20,000 bases of DNA from an uncultured virus (IMG/VR IMGVR_UViG_3300020162_002069) (lineage: Duplodnaviria > Heunggongvirae > Uroviricota > Caudoviricetes), in IMG/VR virus record IMGVR_UViG_3300020162_002069, one strand, 5' to 3'. This document shows positions 17,227-20,000 of this stretch, one piece after another. Under the pieces are notes generated by a model. The model was not told the DNA's origin. It searched no databases and saw nothing but the letters and a program-made list of their open reading frames with translations. Every line of letters starts with the position of its first letter. Within the stretch, counting starts at the first letter, position 1. A program made the translations under genes and the position numbers.

Positions 17227-17261
17227 ACTATAGAGACACTTTGGACGATCCTAACTTTAAT
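17227..17261 (-). repeat. Cassette/promoter repeat copy 4
   Basis: ACTATAGAGACACTTTGGACGATCCTAACTTTAAT. Confidence 0.95.
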
Positions 17262-17262
17262 A

Positions 17263-17424
17263 TCACCAATATTGTCGGTCATACTTTACATCTTCCCATC
17301 CATCACGTTGATATGCTTTGCGCTCATAATCTTCTGCTGTTAGATTATCATCATGTTCGTGATCCTCATAATAAGCATCAGACTTTGAGTAAGAGTTGCC
17401 TTTGTAGAAAGAAGTTGTGATCAT
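17263..17424 (-). CDS. Small acidic/Tyr-rich protein (53 aa, MITTSFYKGNSYSKSDAYYEDHEHDD...DRQYW)
   Basis: Manually translated; stop 1 nt from repeat copy 4. Confidence 0.7.
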   Translation of the reverse strand: MITTSFYKGNSYSKSDAYYEDHEHDDNLTAEDYERKAYQRDGWEDVKYDRQYW

Positions 17425-17429
17425 TTTGT

Positions 17430-17594
17430 TTAAGAGACTTTTACGAAACGAGTATCAATCCAAACACCTTTATCAGTGCCGATTGTGAATGAATGATCCC
17501 ATACAAAATGAGTTGCTTGTTGTCGTGAGAGAGGAAAGTTTGTAGTGAGAAAATCTACTGCTTCAAAGAGATTAGTGAACCTTTGTGTAGTCAT
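17430..17594 (-). CDS. Small hypothetical protein (54 aa, MTTQRFTNLFEAVDFL...)
   Basis: Manually translated; tight packing. Confidence 0.7.
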   Translation of the reverse strand: MTTQRFTNLFEAVDFLTTNFPLSRQQATHFVWDHSFTIGTDKGVWIDTRFVKVS

Positions 17595-17605
17595 TTGCTG
17601 TTTAC

Positions 17606-17830
17606 TCAGTTTAGGATAGAGAATGAACCGCAGAAGTTACGAACCCAGTTAAGAGTGTCATAGTGACTGCGTGGGTTAGACATTACCATACTCACATTCT
17701 TTTCGGGATTGTAAGCAATAGCAACGTATTTGTGATCACATTCTTGATACTCAGGAGTGATTTGTTGAATCCACATTTGATTCACTTTACCTTCTTTCCA
17801 GTTGGTAGAGTAGGAGAAGACTTGATCCAT
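17606..17830 (-). CDS. Hypothetical protein (74 aa, start MDQVF)
   Basis: The track start at 17845 abuts the -10 box and would lie upstream of the predicted TSS; the ATG at 17830 follows an A/C-rich leader like the other cassettes. Confidence 0.75.
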   Translation of the reverse strand: MDQVFSYSTNWKEGKVNQMWIQQITPEYQECDHKYVAIAYNPEKNVSMVMSNPRSHYDTLNWVRNFCGSFSILN

Positions 17831-17845
17831 TTGGGTGTTGCTCAT

Positions 17846-17880
17846 ACTATAGGGACACTTTGGACGATCCTAACTTTAAT
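17846..17880 (-). repeat. Cassette/promoter repeat copy 5
   Basis: ACTATAGGGACACTTTGGACGATCCTAACTTTAAT. Confidence 0.95.
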
Positions 17881-17890
17881 CACTTGAAAC

Positions 17891-18073
17891 TTACATTCCA
17901 TTGATAAAGTCAGCAACTGCATCATCATACTCTTCTTTAGTCTCAAATATGCGTCCATGAATGATACGGGGATAGGTTACGTTTGTTTCACCTACCGCAG
18001 CAACATTGCGGCAGTCTTGTTCATTGTATCCCATCTCGATTAGGGTATTCACATAAGGGTTGTAATGAGTCAT
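17891..18073 (-). CDS. Hypothetical protein (60 aa)
   Basis: ORF track; last gene of the cassette from repeat copy 6. Confidence 0.8.
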   Translation of the reverse strand: MTHYNPYVNTLIEMGYNEQDCRNVAAVGETNVTYPRIIHGRIFETKEEYDDAVADFINGM

Positions 18074-18130
18074 TTTTGTATTAGGATTAGGATTAGAGTT
18101 GGTTTGTTTGGTGTGCTTTAGTTTATAGGT

Positions 18131-18355
18131 TCAGGTGGCACAGTGATCGTAGGAGTGGTTTTCGATATAATGCCACGCTACAGCAGTTGCATCCTCCCGT
18201 GAGTGATACTTGCCGTGGGTTGTTAACATTTTGTAGTGGTGACGGATGACACCATCAGGGTGAGTTTCACTGCTAGTTTTATATACCCAAACGTTATAAC
18301 CCTTGGTGCCTTTGTTAACTTTGAAGGGAGCGTGGTTGTTGCCTTTGATGATCAT
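18131..18355 (-). CDS. Hypothetical protein (74 aa), likely paralog of 14523-14714
   Basis: ORF track; A/C-rich leader; NVWVY motif. Confidence 0.75.
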   Translation of the reverse strand: MIIKGNNHAPFKVNKGTKGYNVWVYKTSSETHPDGVIRHHYKMLTTHGKYHSREDATAVAWHYIENHSYDHCAT

Positions 18356-18396
18356 CTTGGTTTGTTTGGTGTAATTAGGAGAAGAAAGTGTGCGTA

Positions 18397-18603
18397 TCAG
18401 ACCTTCATTTTTGCAAGATCTTTCATACAGGAAGGCATCATCTCCTGAACGTACTCATAGAAGTAAGAGTTGTTCATTGATGCAAGTTGTTGACGTTCTG
18501 CTTCCTCACTTCCATCAACAAACTCCGACTCGGTATCAATCAGGCAGTCAATATACCAGTCGATGAGTATTTGTCGTTGTGCTTTGGTGAGAAAAGTAGT
18601 CAT
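18397..18603 (-). CDS. Hypothetical acidic protein (68 aa)
   Basis: First gene after repeat copy 6. Confidence 0.75.
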   Translation of the reverse strand: MTTFLTKAQRQILIDWYIDCLIDTESEFVDGSEEAERQQLASMNNSYFYEYVQEMMPSCMKDLAKMKV

Positions 18604-18629
18604 TTAGAGTTGGTTTGATTGGTCTCTAC

Positions 18630-18664
18630 ACTATAAGGACACTTTGGACGATCCTAACTTTAAT
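18630..18664 (-). repeat. Cassette/promoter repeat copy 6
   Basis: ACTATAAGGACACTTTGGACGATCCTAACTTTAAT; identical to copy 7 over 53 bp (18610-18662 vs 19180-19232). Confidence 0.95.
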
Positions 18665-18807
18665 TACTTGAAACTTACATTCACTCCGATTACTTTTGCA
18701 GTAGGATTTCGATTTTGTGCAGTATAACGTGCATCTTGTGGGTTGTTTGCTTGTACTTCTTCTTTGAAGACTTTACCACCAACGTATAAATCAACAATAT
18801 ACTTCAT
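18664..18807 (-). CDS. Cyanophage-type small protein (47 aa, MKYIVDLYVGGKVFKEEV...RNPTAKVIGVNVSFK)
   Basis: The ATG at 18807, 1 nt after the upstream stop, is preferred over the overlapping track start at 18849; the stop touches repeat copy 6. Confidence 0.8.
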   Translation of the reverse strand: MKYIVDLYVGGKVFKEEVQANNPQDARYTAQNRNPTAKVIGVNVSFK

Positions 18808-18808
18808 T

Positions 18809-19009
18809 TTAGTTACCTTCTGCAATTTGATTGAGAATGTTACGGGCAAAAGTCATAAAGGTATAAGGAGTTACACCATTGTGCTCATAGAAGTCTAACA
18901 TATCAGTTTGATTGTAAGTGTTCACAATCAACAGACAAGCACCATATAGTGCTGCTTGATGTTCCCCTTTAGAAGTGAATGAAATTGCATTGTGAGTTGG
19001 AAGTACCAT
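18809..19009 (-). CDS. Hypothetical protein (66 aa)
   Basis: ORF track; tight packing. Confidence 0.75.
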   Translation of the reverse strand: MVLPTHNAISFTSKGEHQAALYGACLLIVNTYNQTDMLDFYEHNGVTPYTFMTFARNILNQIAEGN

Positions 19010-19011
19010 AA

Positions 19012-19179
19012 TCAGTAGTTAGAAACAGTGGTGTAGATTGTACCAGTGTGGTTATAGTGAATGTTCACGTCACACTGATAATCTTCGGACAATGAATAGG
19101 CAAGGTCGATTGCACTATCAAGGTCGGTAGTAGTGTTCTCCCAAGGTGCTTGTCCGCAACGGACATCATATCTGGTCAT
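19012..19179 (-). CDS. Small hypothetical protein (55 aa, MTRYDVRCGQAPWENTTTDLDSAIDLAYSLSEDY...)
   Basis: Manually translated; first gene after repeat copy 7. Confidence 0.8.
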   Translation of the reverse strand: MTRYDVRCGQAPWENTTTDLDSAIDLAYSLSEDYQCDVNIHYNHTGTIYTTVSNY

Positions 19180-19199
19180 TTGGTTTGATTGGTCTCTAC

Positions 19200-19234
19200 A
19201 CTATAAGGACACTTTGGACGATCCTAACTTTATT
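19200..19234 (-). repeat. Cassette/promoter repeat copy 7
   Basis: ACTATAAGGACACTTTGGACGATCCTAACTTTATT. Confidence 0.95.
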
Positions 19235-19646
19235 AACAAGAAAATGTGAGCCCACCTATACTTGCACCAAGTGCAGTTGCCCATCCACGATTATTGCGAT
19301 TATTGCGAGTGCTAGTCATAGATCTACCAATCGCACCACCAAGTACTGCTCCTAATATAGTTCGAGATGGATTACAGTTAGGGTTAGTGCGACGACCATA
19401 ATAACCTCCACCATTGTTATAGTAAGGTTGTGGATTTACCACTACATTATTGTTACAAGGAACACGATTGCGAGTATTATTTACATAACCACCCACATAG
19501 TTTCCATAAGCATCATAATACCCAGGAACGTATTGCTCTATGTTAGTATAACAATAACTTTCACCATAAACATTCACTTGCTGTGCTTGAGTTGGTGCAA
19601 CAAATACAAATGGAAGTAGGAGTGAAAGAGTGAGTAGATGTTTCAT
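19233..19646 (-). CDS. Exported protein with C-terminal glycine-zipper (2TM) segment
   Basis: Signal peptide MKHLLTLSLLLPFVFVAPTQA; ILGAVLGGAIG and ALGASIGG GxxxG motifs; the stop touches repeat copy 7. Confidence 0.85.
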   Translation of the reverse strand: MKHLLTLSLLLPFVFVAPTQAQQVNVYGESYCYTNIEQYVPGYYDAYGNYVGGYVNNTRNRVPCNNNVVVNPQPYYNNGGGYYGRRTNPNCNPSRTILGAVLGGAIGRSMTSTRNNRNNRGWATALGASIGGLTFSC

Positions 19647-19910
19647 TTACCATTTACCTGTTTGGATAAGGATTTGTCGGATTTCGGTGTAGATGAAATG
19701 ACGGAGTTTTTCATCTGTGCTATTATCAAACGCATAATAGAGGCGATTGAGATATTCGTCTTGTGTTGCACATTTGACTACTTTTGCGTTCGTTACACCA
19801 ATATCATTTAGTGGTGAACCTGCTTTAGATTTTGGAACACCAAAGTTTCCAGTGACGTTACCTTTAGTTCTAAACTTGGTTTTGATTTTGGAGAGGTTAG
19901 AGTAAGTCAT
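19647..19910 (-). CDS. Hypothetical protein (87 aa)
   Basis: ORF track; abuts both neighbours. Confidence 0.8.
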   Translation of the reverse strand: MTYSNLSKIKTKFRTKGNVTGNFGVPKSKAGSPLNDIGVTNAKVVKCATQDEYLNRLYYAFDNSTDEKLRHFIYTEIRQILIQTGKW

Positions 19911-20000
19911 CGTGCAATAATGTCCAGAGTTTCCATCAACATCATAGCAAGTTCTGTGCGATTGTATTCATCAACCACAGGAATGTTAATCTCTACAAAA
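19907..20000 (-). CDS. C-terminal fragment of a hypothetical protein (...FVEINIPVVDEYNRTELAMMLMETLDIIAR)
   Basis: Open frame from the window edge ending in an ATGA overlap with the next start. Confidence 0.65.
   Translation of the reverse strand, partial: FVEINIPVVDEYNRTELAMMLMETLDIIAR

Noticed and set aside
14741..19234. CRISPR array interpretation of the 35-bp repeats
   Set aside because: The intervening segments are 258-1833 bp, irregular and contain whole genes; no cas genes are in the window.
12248..19619. Plus-strand ORFs in the right half, several containing TLWTILTL or DTLDDPNF
   Set aside because: They are antisense to credible minus-strand genes, and the shared peptide is only the repeat translated.

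Overview
The window looks like part of a T4-like cyanomyovirus genome (cyanobacterial host inferred from gene content), with all credible genes on the minus strand. The left part (1-10.9 kb) is the late baseplate module gp25-gp6-giant gp7; the gp7-like ORF (>2850 aa) runs off the left edge and is missing from the ORF track. The middle (10.9-13.8 kb) has cyanophage-type small ORFs, a GT-A glycosyltransferase-like gene and a free-standing HNH homing endonuclease. The right part (14-20 kb) is an early/accessory region of about 20 tiny ORFs arranged as cassettes between seven copies of a 35-bp repeat (invariant 24-bp core plus a TATAGT -10 box), with visible recombination scars. Inside that array is a ~1-kb mostly non-coding island (15.4-16.35 kb) bounded by terminators. 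It holds a ~160-nt rod-like RNA candidate between convergent promoters and an oriC-like cluster: three exact TTTTCCACA DnaA boxes in helical phase, iteron-like repeats and an AT-rich tract.
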